Source: a virus
Length of the DNA stretch: 64,000 nt
Virus record (IMG/VR): IMGVR_UViG_3300026290_000011
Location: 90-64,089 of that record
Reading direction: 5' to 3' (one strand)
A program made the position numbers and the translations under genes. The notes beneath the pieces are model-generated. The model searched no databases, was not told the DNA's origin, and was given only the letters and a program-made list of their open reading frames with translations. Below are positions 1-10,519 of this stretch, piece by piece; the first letter of the stretch is position 1, and each line of letters starts with the position of its first letter.

Positions 1-2
1 GC

Positions 3-233
3 AACAAGCGAGTAAAAAAGAGAAAGACTATAATCAAAGAGAAACTTGGTTTGGATAATATCGAAGGTATGAAGGAAGATGTCTTAAACGTTTGGAATGA
101 TTTAATAACGGAAGGTACAAAAAAGGAAAAAATGTGGGCAGCTAAAGAAATGAGCAAATACATCTTCCCTCAAAAGAGAGAACATTCCGGGGAAATAAAA
201 GAAAAAATAACAGTAACGATTAATTATGCCTAA
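3..233 (+). CDS. Terminase small subunit, C-terminal part (frame open from window start)
   Basis: Frame has no stop from position 3. Its TAA overlaps the terL ATG (TAATG at 231-235). The C-terminal EHSGEI..V motif is typical of TerS tails. Call rests mainly on position. Confidence 0.6.
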   Translation, partial: NKRVKKRKTIIKEKLGLDNIEGMKEDVLNVWNDLITEGTKKEKMWAAKEMSKYIFPQKREHSGEIKEKITVTINYA

Positions 234-1726
234 TGATAACACTAATTTTAGTTATTATAATATTTGTCATGCCGTCGTTTGAAAATATTGAAATAAACGG
301 CAAAGTATATTACCAACCTCAAGACAAGCAAAAAGTTTTTCATAATGCAATTCTAAACAGGAACGAAAACGGGTACAGAGATTTTTTATACGGTGGCGCA
401 GCGAGAGGCGGGAAATCTTATGCGTTGCGGTGGGAGGGGCATAGAAACTGTTTACAATATCCCCGCTTAAGAGGTCTGTTAATTCGCTCGTCCTTCCCCG
501 AACTTGAAAGAACCCATCTTGCACAAATAGAATTTGATTTACCCCAGGAAATTGTAAACTACAACCAACAAAAACACGTAGCATCATATTTCAATAATTC
601 AGTTCTTGAATTTGGTTACGGTACAAGGAGAGAGGATTTCCAACAATATCTTTCTGCCGAGTACGATTTTATAATGATTGATGAATTAACAACTATCCCC
701 TTCGAGTTTAGTTATTTATTACGTTCAAGGTTGACAGCTTCGAGAAAAGAATTTATCCCTTTTTGGGCGTGCGCAACAAATCCGGGCAGTATTGCCCATA
801 TCGATGTAAGAAATTATTTCGTCAAGAAGAACAATTTAGATCCTGACAAATTTCCTAACTATGACCCTAACGAGGTGTTTTTCATACCAGCCACAGTATT
901 TGATAACAAGGTTGTTTTAGAACGTGATCCTGGTGAGGTTTTGCGCTTAAAGCAGTTATCGAAGAAAGATCAACAGAAATTTCTTTACGGTAATTGGGAT
1001 ATATACGAGGGGCAATTCTTTGATAATTGGAACGCTGAAATCCACGTTGTCAAATCAAAGGATTATTTAAGCTATGAAGAAATTAAGGGGCTAAATGTTT
1101 TAGGTGGACTTGACTATGGCAATGTTACGGTTTTACTCTTAGGAGCGAAGGATTATAACGATAACGTAATAATTTTTGATGAATTATATCTTGAAAAAAT
1201 TAGCCGTTCAAGAAAAATAGAACTTAGCAAAAAATTTCTTGATGACAGGGGATTAGACAAGACGACTATAATTGCAGATACCAATATGTGGATACCGGAT
1301 GTTTTTGATATTTCTTCAAAAGAATCTCCGGCTAACGATTATCTTAATGCAGGAATACGTCTGATAAAAGTTAGCAAAGTTTCACCAGATAATAGGCGTT
1401 ATAGGATAGCTTGTAACGATGCTGTGTATGACGCTTTAGATTTTCAGTATGATCCAGAGACAAATATATTCGCAAAGGAACCAAGACTGAAGATATATGA
1501 AAGGTGTAAGCACTTAATAGAGACTTTACCTGGTTTAGTTAGAGATGAAAAAGATTATGAGGATATAGAAGACGGGCAAAACGACCACGCTTATGATGCT
1601 GGGAAGTATTTGTACATGGCACTTTCCAGACCGAAAAGCAAACCAAAAGACGACAGACCTATATGGCTAAAAGAAATGGAAAAAGAAAAACGGACAAAAA
1701 TCAACAATGATTTTATGGCTCTCTAA
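233..1726 (+). CDS. terL: Terminase large subunit
   Basis: Walker A GGAARGGKS, Walker B FIMIDE, coupling motif ATNPG, RNase H-like nuclease GLDYG and DHAYDA. Confidence 0.95.
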   Translation: MITLILVIIIFVMPSFENIEINGKVYYQPQDKQKVFHNAILNRNENGYRDFLYGGAARGGKSYALRWEGHRNCLQYPRLRGLLIRSSFPELERTHLAQIEFDLPQEIVNYNQQKHVASYFNNSVLEFGYGTRREDFQQYLSAEYDFIMIDELTTIPFEFSYLLRSRLTASRKEFIPFWACATNPGSIAHIDVRNYFVKKNNLDPDKFPNYDPNEVFFIPATVFDNKVVLERDPGEVLRLKQLSKKDQQKFLYGNWDIYEGQFFDNWNAEIHVVKSKDYLSYEEIKGLNVLGGLDYGNVTVLLLGAKDYNDNVIIFDELYLEKISRSRKIELSKKFLDDRGLDKTTIIADTNMWIPDVFDISSKESPANDYLNAGIRLIKVSKVSPDNRRYRIACNDAVYDALDFQYDPETNIFAKEPRLKIYERCKHLIETLPGLVRDEKDYEDIEDGQNDHAYDAGKYLYMALSRPKSKPKDDRPIWLKEMEKEKRTKINNDFMAL

Positions 1727-1740
1727 GGGGGGACTGAATT

Positions 1741-3876
1741 ATGTACCAGAGAAAAAGAAACTTCAGCATAAGAAACGATGATTTAATTTACGATATAATG
1801 AGAGAGCATCAGAACTTATCGGGCATATTTAGCCCCTTGGTTGATAGGATGACCAAGCTATTTGATTTTACATGTGCAGAGTTGCAATGGGATGAGACGG
1901 TTAAGAACAAAATAAAAAGTGAGGGAAGACCGGCGAATAGTTATAATTTAATCAGAACCATTCTTAACGTAATATTTTCTGTCGAACTTGAGAACAGAAA
2001 ACAAGGGATTGCCCGACCAAGAACTTCCGGCGATACTGAGCTTGCACATATATTAACAAAAGTCTTAAAATATTATATGTACCACGCAAGATTTAACAAA
2101 GCACAAAAGATAGTTTTTATGGATGCAGTGATAGCAATTTTTGGGGTTTATTATGTTGGATGGGATTTTAGGGGAGATGACGAAGTGGGTAAGTTAGTTG
2201 TTGAGCCATGCGACCCAAGAGAATTTATGTTTGAGCCAAATTTTGCGGATACTACTTGGGGAAACGCTGGTTATGTGATGCGTAAGCACTCGATGAGTGT
2301 TGAGGAAATACTTAACCGGTACGCCTTAAATGATTCTGAAATGCAAGAACAAATAATTGAAGAAGCTAAACAGTTCTATGACCAAGATGGCGTAAGTAAA
2401 GACAAGTTTATTACACGTAGATTAAAGGCATTGTTCTCGGCGGTCTATGAGACAGCAATGGGTTTTAGTTCTTCAAACGATAACGTTTACAGTAATCATC
2501 TGCAATGGTTTGATCCTCGTACAGGGAAATTCGACGTGTTGGAATACCACGAACAGCGAACAGAAAGAAAACTTATGGTGATGAATAATGAAGAAACTTC
2601 TCTATATGACATTACAGACCCGTATATATCGATGGTTAAAAGCAGAAATGACAAGTTTAGTTTTGATGGATTTAGGTTTGATGACAACGAAGCTGTGCAA
2701 GCAGTTAAGGAAAAATATCAATTAATTAAAGAACCAAAAATAGAATTAGTAACCCGCAGATATGTAACAGCATCAGTCCCATCTTTCAGAACTATAGTCA
2801 ACGAAAAAGCATATCCCTTTGAGAGTGATTATTATTGCTACATTCCTCAGTATTGTTATGACTTACATGCAGACCCGTTAAAATCACAATCCGTGATGGA
2901 TGATTTGTTAGACCCGCAATCGCATTTTAACAAAGCACAATCTTTGAAGTTAGAACTATTAGGCAGGTATCTTAACAAAGGTTGGATTATGGACGAGAAC
3001 GCTATAGATGGGTTAGAAGATGACTGGACTACTCAAAGAATAGCGCCTTACAGACGTGTTAGAGCAGGTTACTTGAACATGATACGTCCCGAAGAAGGGC
3101 AGACGATAAGCCCAGATTTAGTAAGAGACCCTATAGAGACCCAACAACTAATGAAGGTGATCAGTAATGCAGATGATGAGATTAGAGGACAACAGGGTAG
3201 TGATGTTAAATCAGGTAAGCATTTCATAGCTAAGGAACAACGTCAAAGTAAGAGTTTTTCTTATATCCTCGATAACAGAGACCATTCACAAAGAGCCGTA
3301 TATGAATTAGCGGTTAGTTTTATACAACATTTCGTAACAACGCAAAAAGTTTACAGAATTACTCAAGATGAAATACCAGAGATAAACGGGGTTGAAGAAG
3401 TAACTGTTAATCAAAGTAGGTTCGGCATAGACCAGAATACCGGAAGGATTATTGAAACGATAGTAAACGATCTTGATTCCGTTAAGTTCGACATAGAATT
3501 AAGCGATGAACCTTACAGCTTATCTGCTCAAGAAGATAGATACAGAAAATTAGGAGATGTATTTAACGCAGCTTTAGAAGTTGACCCACGCAAAGCGGAC
3601 GCCATGTTGCCGATATTGGTAGAAGAAAGTAACACCCCATCGGCAGACAAAATATTGAAAGCATGGAAAGCACTTGAAGCCCCAAACCCTCAACAGGTGC
3701 AAATGCAACAGTTAATGATGCAAGTACAGCAGATCATGGCAAAATTAGGAGTTGAAGAAAAGCAAGAAGAAATTAAAGACAAGAAGTTAAGGAATCTTGA
3801 AACGGTTCAGCGTATGCGCCACGCATCTAAAAATAGTGTGCTTGGCATGTTGCAAAAACCGCAAATGACAAACTAA
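1741..3876 (+). CDS. Portal protein (P22-like podovirus type)
   Basis: 711 aa directly after terL. GRPANSYNLI motif resembles the P22-type GRPxxxxN. Gln-rich coiled-coil C-terminus. Confidence 0.85.
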   Translation: MYQRKRNFSIRNDDLIYDIMREHQNLSGIFSPLVDRMTKLFDFTCAELQWDETVKNKIKSEGRPANSYNLIRTILNVIFSVELENRKQGIARPRTSGDTELAHILTKVLKYYMYHARFNKAQKIVFMDAVIAIFGVYYVGWDFRGDDEVGKLVVEPCDPREFMFEPNFADTTWGNAGYVMRKHSMSVEEILNRYALNDSEMQEQIIEEAKQFYDQDGVSKDKFITRRLKALFSAVYETAMGFSSSNDNVYSNHLQWFDPRTGKFDVLEYHEQRTERKLMVMNNEETSLYDITDPYISMVKSRNDKFSFDGFRFDDNEAVQAVKEKYQLIKEPKIELVTRRYVTASVPSFRTIVNEKAYPFESDYYCYIPQYCYDLHADPLKSQSVMDDLLDPQSHFNKAQSLKLELLGRYLNKGWIMDENAIDGLEDDWTTQRIAPYRRVRAGYLNMIRPEEGQTISPDLVRDPIETQQLMKVISNADDEIRGQQGSDVKSGKHFIAKEQRQSKSFSYILDNRDHSQRAVYELAVSFIQHFVTTQKVYRITQDEIPEINGVEEVTVNQSRFGIDQNTGRIIETIVNDLDSVKFDIELSDEPYSLSAQEDRYRKLGDVFNAALEVDPRKADAMLPILVEESNTPSADKILKAWKALEAPNPQQVQMQQLMMQVQQIMAKLGVEEKQEEIKDKKLRNLETVQRMRHASKNSVLGMLQKPQMTN

Positions 3877-3894
3877 AAACAAATCGGAGAGAAA

Positions 3895-4146
3895 ATGAGT
3901 ACACCTGAACTTATCTATGAGTTGACGAAGTTTTTCTTTTCTAATGTAGGGCATTTTTTATTATTGATGTTATTTATATTAACCGTGAGAGGAGATGTAA
4001 CAAAACTCATAATTAAAGTGAAAGACTTCTTTAAGAAACTAATCTTTAACTACAAGAACAAGTTCGTCCACGTAAAGCCACAGCCGGAATACCTCGATAG
4101 AGACACAAAGAAAATCCTTAACACAGACAGGGAGAAAAAGTCTTGA
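3895..4146 (+). CDS. Hypothetical membrane protein
   Basis: GGAG RBS; hydrophobic FFFSNVGHFLLLMLFILTV. Confidence 0.6.
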   Translation: MSTPELIYELTKFFFSNVGHFLLLMLFILTVRGDVTKLIIKVKDFFKKLIFNYKNKFVHVKPQPEYLDRDTKKILNTDREKKS

Positions 4147-4346
4147 TTACTAATTTGGTAATTAAAGATTGCGATAAAAAATTTGCTCAAATGGTCTACT
4201 CACTTCACAAAGCGTATGCAAAAAGATTGAGGTTTAATTTTGAGGCAAATTTTAGCGGTGATATAAGCGAGTTTAAGTATTTCTTTTCCAAAATGAACCC
4301 GGAAGATTTATACAACATAATAAAAGAAACATCGGAGACAAATTGA
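4143..4346 (+). CDS. Hypothetical protein
   Basis: Overlaps upstream stop (TTGA coupling). Confidence 0.5.
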   Translation: MITNLVIKDCDKKFAQMVYSLHKAYAKRLRFNFEANFSGDISEFKYFFSKMNPEDLYNIIKETSETN

Positions 4347-4359
4347 ATAAAGGATCGCT

Positions 4360-4599
4360 ATGAAAAGATTCTACGATTACAAATGTATAGCTTGTAACCA
4401 CGTCCAAGAATACCACGAAGAATATGAGGACAGGAACATAGAACATAGTTGCCCGGAATGTGGGTGCGCTATGCAACGCAAGATAGGCGCACCTTTGTTT
4501 AGCTTCACCAAACGCCCTAAAAACTGGGACATGAAACACAGCACCCGCAGAGAGCTATGGAACAGTCCCGATCCAAAAGATAAGAGAGAATTGGTTTGA
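4360..4599 (+). CDS. FmdB-like zinc-ribbon protein
   Basis: YDYKCIAC...CPECG pattern. Confidence 0.75.
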   Translation: MKRFYDYKCIACNHVQEYHEEYEDRNIEHSCPECGCAMQRKIGAPLFSFTKRPKNWDMKHSTRRELWNSPDPKDKRELV

Positions 4600-5198
4600 G
4601 AACTAAAGAAGAAATTCATAAGTATTGGAAGAACCCAAACGATAAGAATAATAACCCGGAATGTTATCTTGATAATGAAATAACTTTGTTGAGAAGTAAG
4701 TATTTATTTGAAGTGATAGACAAATATTTCCCATCAAAAGAAACGAAGATATTAGAACTTGGCAGCAACGTGGGGAGAAATCTTAATTATCTCTTTGAAA
4801 GAGGGTATAAAAATTTACTTGGCATAGAGATAAATAAAAATGCCATTGATATAATGAAGAAAGAATATCCCGATTGTGCTAAAGAGATTAGAATTATAAA
4901 CAATCCAATAGAGCATATCCTTTCTCAATTAACAGATAATCAATTCGATTTGATTTTTACATTTGCAGTATTAGAGCATATCCACCCAGAAAGTGAATTT
5001 GTATTTAGCGAAATGGTAAGGGCATCTAAAAATATACTTGTTGTAGAAGATGAAAAAAGTAGTTCTTGGAGACATTGCCCAAGAAATTACAAAGAAATAT
5101 TTGGTAAGTCTATGAGGGAAGTGCATAGCCAAAAATGCGGGAAGTTTAACGGACTATCAAAAAGATTCACAACGAGATTATTCGCAAAGGAGAATTGA
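4596..5198 (+). CDS. Class I SAM-dependent methyltransferase (small-molecule/glycan type)
   Basis: Motif I ILELGSNVGRNL, GIEIN, FDLIFTFAVLEHI; no DPPY/PC DNA-MTase motif. Confidence 0.85.
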   Translation: MRTKEEIHKYWKNPNDKNNNPECYLDNEITLLRSKYLFEVIDKYFPSKETKILELGSNVGRNLNYLFERGYKNLLGIEINKNAIDIMKKEYPDCAKEIRIINNPIEHILSQLTDNQFDLIFTFAVLEHIHPESEFVFSEMVRASKNILVVEDEKSSSWRHCPRNYKEIFGKSMREVHSQKCGKFNGLSKRFTTRLFAKEN

Positions 5199-5800
5199 TG
5201 GGATTATTCACAGGAAAGAAAGTAGTTATCACCGCACCAGCTCCTCATATAACAGAGGTAAAGCAAGATTTTAGCGATTATGATTTTGTATGTAGAGTTA
5301 ATGCGATGATCCCCTTGAGTGAAGAACTAATAGAAGCAACGGGAGATAGGGTTGACGTTTGGTTTCCGGCAAATAGTTTGTTAGAAAGACAACCGGAATT
5401 ATGCCAATACCCTAAAATAATAAGAACTACTAAGACGGGGCTTAGTTCAGTTCCCCAAGAATATAAGAGTAAAGTAAGTATAATGAATAAACACCACGAT
5501 AAGTTAAAGATTACTTTAGAGAGTACCCCGAATAGAGCGTTAAGGGCTATTGTTGACGTATTACTTGACTGTCCGGCTTTGCTTTATGTCACGGGGGTTA
5601 CGTTCTACAAAACGGGGGGATACTATAAAACATACGGATGTTACAATGTAAACGATAAAGCGGAAACTACCAAAGGAGATTTTGGAGGACACTCACAAGA
5701 AAGACAGTTGGGATATTTTGTTAAAGAAATAGCTCATAAAATAAAAATGGATACAACATTAGAGAAGATAGTAAAAAATTATGGCAAACAAACCAATTGA
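5195..5800 (+). CDS. GT29 (sialyltransferase-like) glycosyltransferase
   Basis: KKVVITAPA...DYDFVCRVN...GDRVDV resembles sialylmotif L; LYVTGVTFY and late H(SQERQ) resemble motifs S/VS. Confidence 0.55.
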   Translation: MMGLFTGKKVVITAPAPHITEVKQDFSDYDFVCRVNAMIPLSEELIEATGDRVDVWFPANSLLERQPELCQYPKIIRTTKTGLSSVPQEYKSKVSIMNKHHDKLKITLESTPNRALRAIVDVLLDCPALLYVTGVTFYKTGGYYKTYGCYNVNDKAETTKGDFGGHSQERQLGYFVKEIAHKIKMDTTLEKIVKNYGKQTN

Positions 5801-6518
5801 CATAGTTTACCCTTTAGGTGAAGGATTAAGTAATTTCAGAAACCAAGAAATAATGTTTTCCTTAAGGAGTGTTGAGAAACATTTAACGGGGTATAGGAAT
5901 ATTTTCATCATAGGATTTAAGCCAACGTTTTTGAATGAGAAGATTATCCATATTCCGCACAAAGATAACCCTTATTTCAACAAAGAACGCCGAATCATGG
6001 AGAAGTTTAAGAAAGCATGTTCGATACCGGAGATAAGCGATAAGTTCTTAATGTTCAATGATGATTATTTCTTCACTAAGCCGTTAAATGTTCAGAAAAT
6101 ACCTTACTACAACAAAGGCACTTTGGATGGGAGTGTTAAAAAAAGAAAGACAGGCAGTGTTTATAGGCATTCGTTAGAGAACACGTACAACGCATTAAAA
6201 GAGAAAGGTTACGGGACGAAGCATTTTGATATTCATTATCCTATGTATTACGACAAAAAGAAGTTCCCGGAAGTAATGGCTATGTACGATTGGGAGAACG
6301 CACGAAACGGTTTTGTGATAAAGAGTTTGTATGCTAATACATTAAAGATAAAAGGCGTTTACAGACACGACTGTAAAATAATGGGTTTGGTTACAAAGAA
6401 AGAAGAAGTAATTAAACAGATAAAAGACTACGACATGTTTAGTACATCTGAAATAACAAGAGCAATCATAGGTATATTGAGAGAAATGTACCCGGACAAA
6501 AGTATTTATGAAGTGTAA
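5781..6518 (+). CDS. Stealth-family sugar-phosphate transferase-like protein
   Basis: PIDIVY (CR1), EIMFSLRSVEKHL and ISDKFLMFNDDYFF (CR2). Confidence 0.75.
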   Translation: MANKPIDIVYPLGEGLSNFRNQEIMFSLRSVEKHLTGYRNIFIIGFKPTFLNEKIIHIPHKDNPYFNKERRIMEKFKKACSIPEISDKFLMFNDDYFFTKPLNVQKIPYYNKGTLDGSVKKRKTGSVYRHSLENTYNALKEKGYGTKHFDIHYPMYYDKKKFPEVMAMYDWENARNGFVIKSLYANTLKIKGVYRHDCKIMGLVTKKEEVIKQIKDYDMFSTSEITRAIIGILREMYPDKSIYEV

Positions 6519-6546
6519 AGTAATATGAAACAAAGTGAAAAACAGT

Positions 6547-6556
6547 TATATTTGCA
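6547..6556 (+). promoter_or_regulatory. TAnnTTTG-type (FCB-group) promoter box
   Basis: TATATTTGCA upstream of the 6574 gene; similar boxes occur at 43490 (+) and 44387-44395 (-). Confidence 0.45.
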
Positions 6557-6573
6557 ATAACAGTTGAGGGTTT

Positions 6574-6879
6574 ATGAAAACACTACTATTACTTACTTTC
6601 CTTTTTTGTTCAATCTTGACGGCACAGTCAAAGCCAAATGTAATTTATGCCGGAGGAGATACGTCTATAACTTCAAAGAGAATTGAAGGTCTTACAATAG
6701 GGCGCACAATACAATTCCATCGCATAGATAATTGGGGTTATAGAACTATGGTATTAACAGACAACATGGACACAATAAGAATCATAATCGACAAAGACAC
6801 CATCTACACAAAAGAATATTATTTGAAGGAATTTATCAAACGTTATTTTAGGATAACAGAACGGGAGGAAAAGGAATGA
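6574..6879 (+). CDS. Secreted hypothetical protein
   Basis: Signal peptide MKTLLLLTFLFCSILTA followed by Q. Confidence 0.6.
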   Translation: MKTLLLLTFLFCSILTAQSKPNVIYAGGDTSITSKRIEGLTIGRTIQFHRIDNWGYRTMVLTDNMDTIRIIIDKDTIYTKEYYLKEFIKRYFRITEREEKE

Positions 6880-7130
6880 AAAAAAATAGAATATCCCCGT
6901 GGCAAAAACTAAAAAAAGAAAGAGACGATGCGATAAAACTGAACAAACAATTTTATCAGGCAATATGGATGGCGAAAACGGAAGCTGGGTTTGAAACTGG
7001 ATATTGCCCGATACCATTGATGGGTAGAGAAGAAAGGCGAGTGCCGTTAAATGATGCTGAATATTTTAGAAACATTATTAAAAATATTCCTATAACGAGC
7101 AAAGATTTTGAAGGAACAATTTACCGATGA
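6876..7130 (+). CDS. Hypothetical protein
   Basis: ATGA overlap with upstream stop; GGAGG RBS. Confidence 0.6.
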   Translation: MKKNRISPWQKLKKERDDAIKLNKQFYQAIWMAKTEAGFETGYCPIPLMGREERRVPLNDAEYFRNIIKNIPITSKDFEGTIYR

Positions 7131-7272
7131 TAGTGAACCAAAATTTTCCGGCATAAGAATAACAGATTATGAATTAAAGTAAACAAAAATGAATTTGGGT
7201 ACTTGCATTTAAGTAAAAAAAAATACATTTTACAGTTGTTAATTGATGACCCTTGTTAAAGGGTGAGACCAA

Positions 7273-7327
7273 ACGGTAATCTAATAAAACAGAGCCGTAA
7301 TTCCCAAAGCGGGAGTTACGGCTTTTT
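7273..7327 (+). promoter_or_regulatory. Conserved leader hairpin plus overlapping intrinsic terminator, copy 1
   Basis: ACGG-TAA-TCT-AATAAAAC-AGA-G-CCGT, then terminator AGCCGTAATTCCC/GGGAGTTACGGCT-TTTT. Confidence 0.75.
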
Positions 7328-7354
7328 GTTTTTAAACAAAAGTTGGAGTAAAAG

Positions 7355-7654
7355 ATGGCTGATAAAACAGCGAAAGAAAGAGTAATTGAAAAGTTTAACC
7401 TTGCCGAAGATATAAGGGGAGCTAAAATTAAAACATCTATTTACCGAGTAGAACACATTGACGGCAAGTATAAAGCGGACTTTGAGATTAACGGACTACC
7501 GAGGGAAAAGACCAACAAAACTTTTGACTATCCAGACACCAGTAAAACAATCCCCAAGATATTCAACAACCCAAGCGAATTTACTACCTATACTGAAAAA
7601 TTCTTTTCAATGAGTGATGAAGATATAATTAATTTATGTAAAGAAACAAAATAA
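7355..7654 (+). CDS. Hypothetical protein
   Basis: GGAG RBS; first gene after the leader/terminator. Confidence 0.65.
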   Translation: MADKTAKERVIEKFNLAEDIRGAKIKTSIYRVEHIDGKYKADFEINGLPREKTNKTFDYPDTSKTIPKIFNNPSEFTTYTEKFFSMSDEDIINLCKETK

Positions 7655-7665
7655 TCGGAGAAAAA

Positions 7666-9054
7666 ATGGACAGCGACATTAAATTAAACAACGAGTACAA
7701 TCCAGATTCTAACGAAATTGACTTTATCGAAGAAGATAAAAGAATTGATGTAATAAAAAAACTAACCGACCCGGAAGAAATAACAGCCACACAGGAATTA
7801 TTAGAAGAAAAATATGATGCGCCCGAAGAGGAGACCGCATCAGAGGAAGCAGAACCCAAGAAACCCGAAGATACGAGTAAGGTTGAGGATACTTCTGGAG
7901 AATCAAAGGATAAAACCGAAACTAAGACCGACGAGGAACTTAAAAAACCGGAAGGTGATAAAGGGTTTATTCTTACAGATGAAGTAATACAGAAACAACC
8001 CGAAAACGTAAGGGATATTCTAAACAAGTATAAGGACAAAGGGAAAGATGATTTAGCAAAAGCAACGGCTCACGCCATTGCTGCAAAAACACCTTACCTA
8101 AAAGATGATGAAACGGCTATTAGCGCAATAACCGAGAAGATCAAAGTCTTGTCTGATGACGAGTTATTGAAAGCCCTTATAGACACACAAAAAGTAATCG
8201 GCGTGAACGAACAGCCGGACAAACCCAAAGAAGAAGTACAAAAACCCGCTAAGGTTGAATTGCCGGAAATCCCGGACACCGAAGAATTTAAGCAAGCTAT
8301 GAATTCGGAAGTCTATAAGAAGTTAAAGAAAAAGTACCCGGATATGCCTGAGTTCAATTCAGACGAATTCAAGGACTGGGAAGTAGACTTCAAGGATAGA
8401 AGCGGTTTGATTGGAGAAGGTAAGTTTGTACGTGATTTTGAATTAGCTGAGAACGAAGTTAAAGGCGAGTTACAAAAGGTTATTTATGCACAGACCGGAT
8501 TAAAAAACCTTTGGGTAGAATCACCGACTGAAATTTTACCAATACTGAACGAAGCTAATCTTCCTAAGCTAAAAGATTTGAACGATAACTTTGTAGAAGT
8601 GAATAATAAAGCACTTCAAGAAGAAGTAGAGACAATCAAGGAAGAATTAGAAAAGTACGGTGTAACAGAAAAAGATTTAGGTATTGACATGACGTTGACT
8701 AAAGATAAAAACGGTTCTTTGTATAATGAATACTTGAACTCGTTGATGTTTGCAGGCGATCAACCAGACCCAAATGTAATTAAACGAATTGGTAAAGTGC
8801 CGTTACTAAGCAAAGGACAATTAGCCGAAAAATTGATTTACAAGAATAATCTGAAAATAATGAATTTTCTTGTAGACAATAAAGCTAAAAAATCCAAAGC
8901 AGAAATTGAAAGATTAAAAGAAGACAACTTAAATACTATGGGAAGTTCTAAACCGGCGAATATAAAACCGATTGTGCAACCGGATAAAATTAGAAGTATA
9001 ACTAACAAAGACACTATAGGGAAGGTTCTTGACGATATAGAATCCAAGTATTAA
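7666..9054 (+). CDS. Putative scaffolding protein
   Basis: Acidic low-complexity N-terminus, helical body, immediately before the capsid gene. Confidence 0.65.
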   Translation: MDSDIKLNNEYNPDSNEIDFIEEDKRIDVIKKLTDPEEITATQELLEEKYDAPEEETASEEAEPKKPEDTSKVEDTSGESKDKTETKTDEELKKPEGDKGFILTDEVIQKQPENVRDILNKYKDKGKDDLAKATAHAIAAKTPYLKDDETAISAITEKIKVLSDDELLKALIDTQKVIGVNEQPDKPKEEVQKPAKVELPEIPDTEEFKQAMNSEVYKKLKKKYPDMPEFNSDEFKDWEVDFKDRSGLIGEGKFVRDFELAENEVKGELQKVIYAQTGLKNLWVESPTEILPILNEANLPKLKDLNDNFVEVNNKALQEEVETIKEELEKYGVTEKDLGIDMTLTKDKNGSLYNEYLNSLMFAGDQPDPNVIKRIGKVPLLSKGQLAEKLIYKNNLKIMNFLVDNKAKKSKAEIERLKEDNLNTMGSSKPANIKPIVQPDKIRSITNKDTIGKVLDDIESKY

Positions 9055-9082
9055 GGCAGTCTTAAAAGACTAATTAACTAAA

Positions 9083-9150
9083 AATTGTAATCTGATAAAA
9101 AGGAGCAATTATTACCCATAAGAGACGGGTGTAATTGCTTTTTCGTTTTT
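9083..9150 (+). promoter_or_regulatory. Conserved leader hairpin plus overlapping intrinsic terminator, copy 2
   Basis: AATTG-TAA-TCT-GATAAAAA-GGA-G-CAATT, then AGCAATTATTACCC/GGGTGTAATTGCT-TTTT. Confidence 0.75.
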
Positions 9151-9165
9151 AAAGGAGTAGAGAAA

Positions 9166-10455
9166 ATGGGATTAATAAATGATGATTTGAGAATGTACCG
9201 TGATGCGTTGTCGCAAGAACTTAAACTTTCTCAGTGGTATCCAGACTCAAAATGGGCTTCTATGATAGGTCATATTGGCGGGACTGATGCAAACGGTTAT
9301 CCAAAGTCTGTTAGTTATGGTAGCGTACAGGCAAAAACAATTAAAGGTACGGGTAAACCTATTGAAATGTTGACATCCTTAGACTTTCCTGGCGGATGGG
9401 CTATTGATGTTCCGGTAAAATTACCTTTGAGACAAAAACCGATTTACGGTGATAAACAAGCCAAAGATAACGAAGAGGATATGAATTGGGTTTACATGCG
9501 TGGTTTAATAAACCAAGTAAGATACCCGGTTAAAACCTCTGATGGTCTTATGGGTGATCAAGCATTAACTCCAAAGAGATTAATGCAAATATGGAAAAAT
9601 GTTAAGTCTGAGATTCAATCGGTTAACCAAAGATGGCAAGGGTATGCTCCTTACGATGCTATATATCGTGGATTCTCTGATAACTTATTCGACGACCCGA
9701 TAAACATAACACAAAAGTCGCATCCTAATTGCTATGTAGCAGGTTATGGTAGAGTACCATTCAATTCCGATAATGATACTTATGAAACAGCTATTGTAGC
9801 TCAATTGAATAATCTTGGTGCAGAAGACGGTCTGACAGTGCAAGCAATTAGAAACCTTACATATTTTGGTTCACATCACATGATTGTTCCAACGGTAGCA
9901 GGCAACAAACCAGTAAGAGGTATTTTATTTGTTAATGATGCCCAGATGGTTCAATTAGCTTCAGACCCATTGTTCGAAAAAATGGCAATAGCACTTATTA
10001 CAGCAGATGGTGAAAAATCACCATTCTTTAGCGGTTTCTACGAAGCATACTTAATTGAAGGTGTCTTGATTCTTGCCGATACAAATAATCCAGGTGTATT
10101 GATTAGCGGTGATTCCGGTTATGATTCTTCAAGAGGAATTATCAACTATGGTAATGTTAATCCTTTAGAGAATCCGATTCATGCAAGTGATATTAAAATA
10201 GCTGCTTATGTAGGTGCATCCGCAATACTTGGCGCACACACAGTACCGTTACAGTTTAAGAACAGAACAGATGACTATGATAACATTAGAGGCGAAGCCG
10301 GACGTACTGTAATCGGTTACACAAGAGCCGACAGATATGATCACGATAATTTCCTCGCAGCAAGTGAATTTCTTGGTAATACAAGTTCTCAAATACTCTT
10401 TACCAAGACACCGAATTCACCAACATGGTCTTCTGGATCAGGCAGCGAAGTTTAA
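9166..10455 (+). CDS. Major capsid protein (DUF4043/N4-gp56-like)
   Basis: 429 aa after scaffold. PIYGDKQAKDNEE...INQVRYPV matches the G..xEGNEE...IDQxR pattern of this family. Confidence 0.75.
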   Translation: MGLINDDLRMYRDALSQELKLSQWYPDSKWASMIGHIGGTDANGYPKSVSYGSVQAKTIKGTGKPIEMLTSLDFPGGWAIDVPVKLPLRQKPIYGDKQAKDNEEDMNWVYMRGLINQVRYPVKTSDGLMGDQALTPKRLMQIWKNVKSEIQSVNQRWQGYAPYDAIYRGFSDNLFDDPINITQKSHPNCYVAGYGRVPFNSDNDTYETAIVAQLNNLGAEDGLTVQAIRNLTYFGSHHMIVPTVAGNKPVRGILFVNDAQMVQLASDPLFEKMAIALITADGEKSPFFSGFYEAYLIEGVLILADTNNPGVLISGDSGYDSSRGIINYGNVNPLENPIHASDIKIAAYVGASAILGAHTVPLQFKNRTDDYDNIRGEAGRTVIGYTRADRYDHDNFLAASEFLGNTSSQILFTKTPNSPTWSSGSGSEV

Positions 10456-10519
10456 TTAATGATTAATAAACATGCCCCTTAAGTGGGGCAAAGATAAAAA
10501 ATATTAAAGGAGTATAAAG

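Noticed and set aside
233-271. Transmembrane N-terminus on TerL (MITLILVIIIFV)
   Set aside because: An alternative ATG at 269 removes it; the start cannot be decided from sequence alone.
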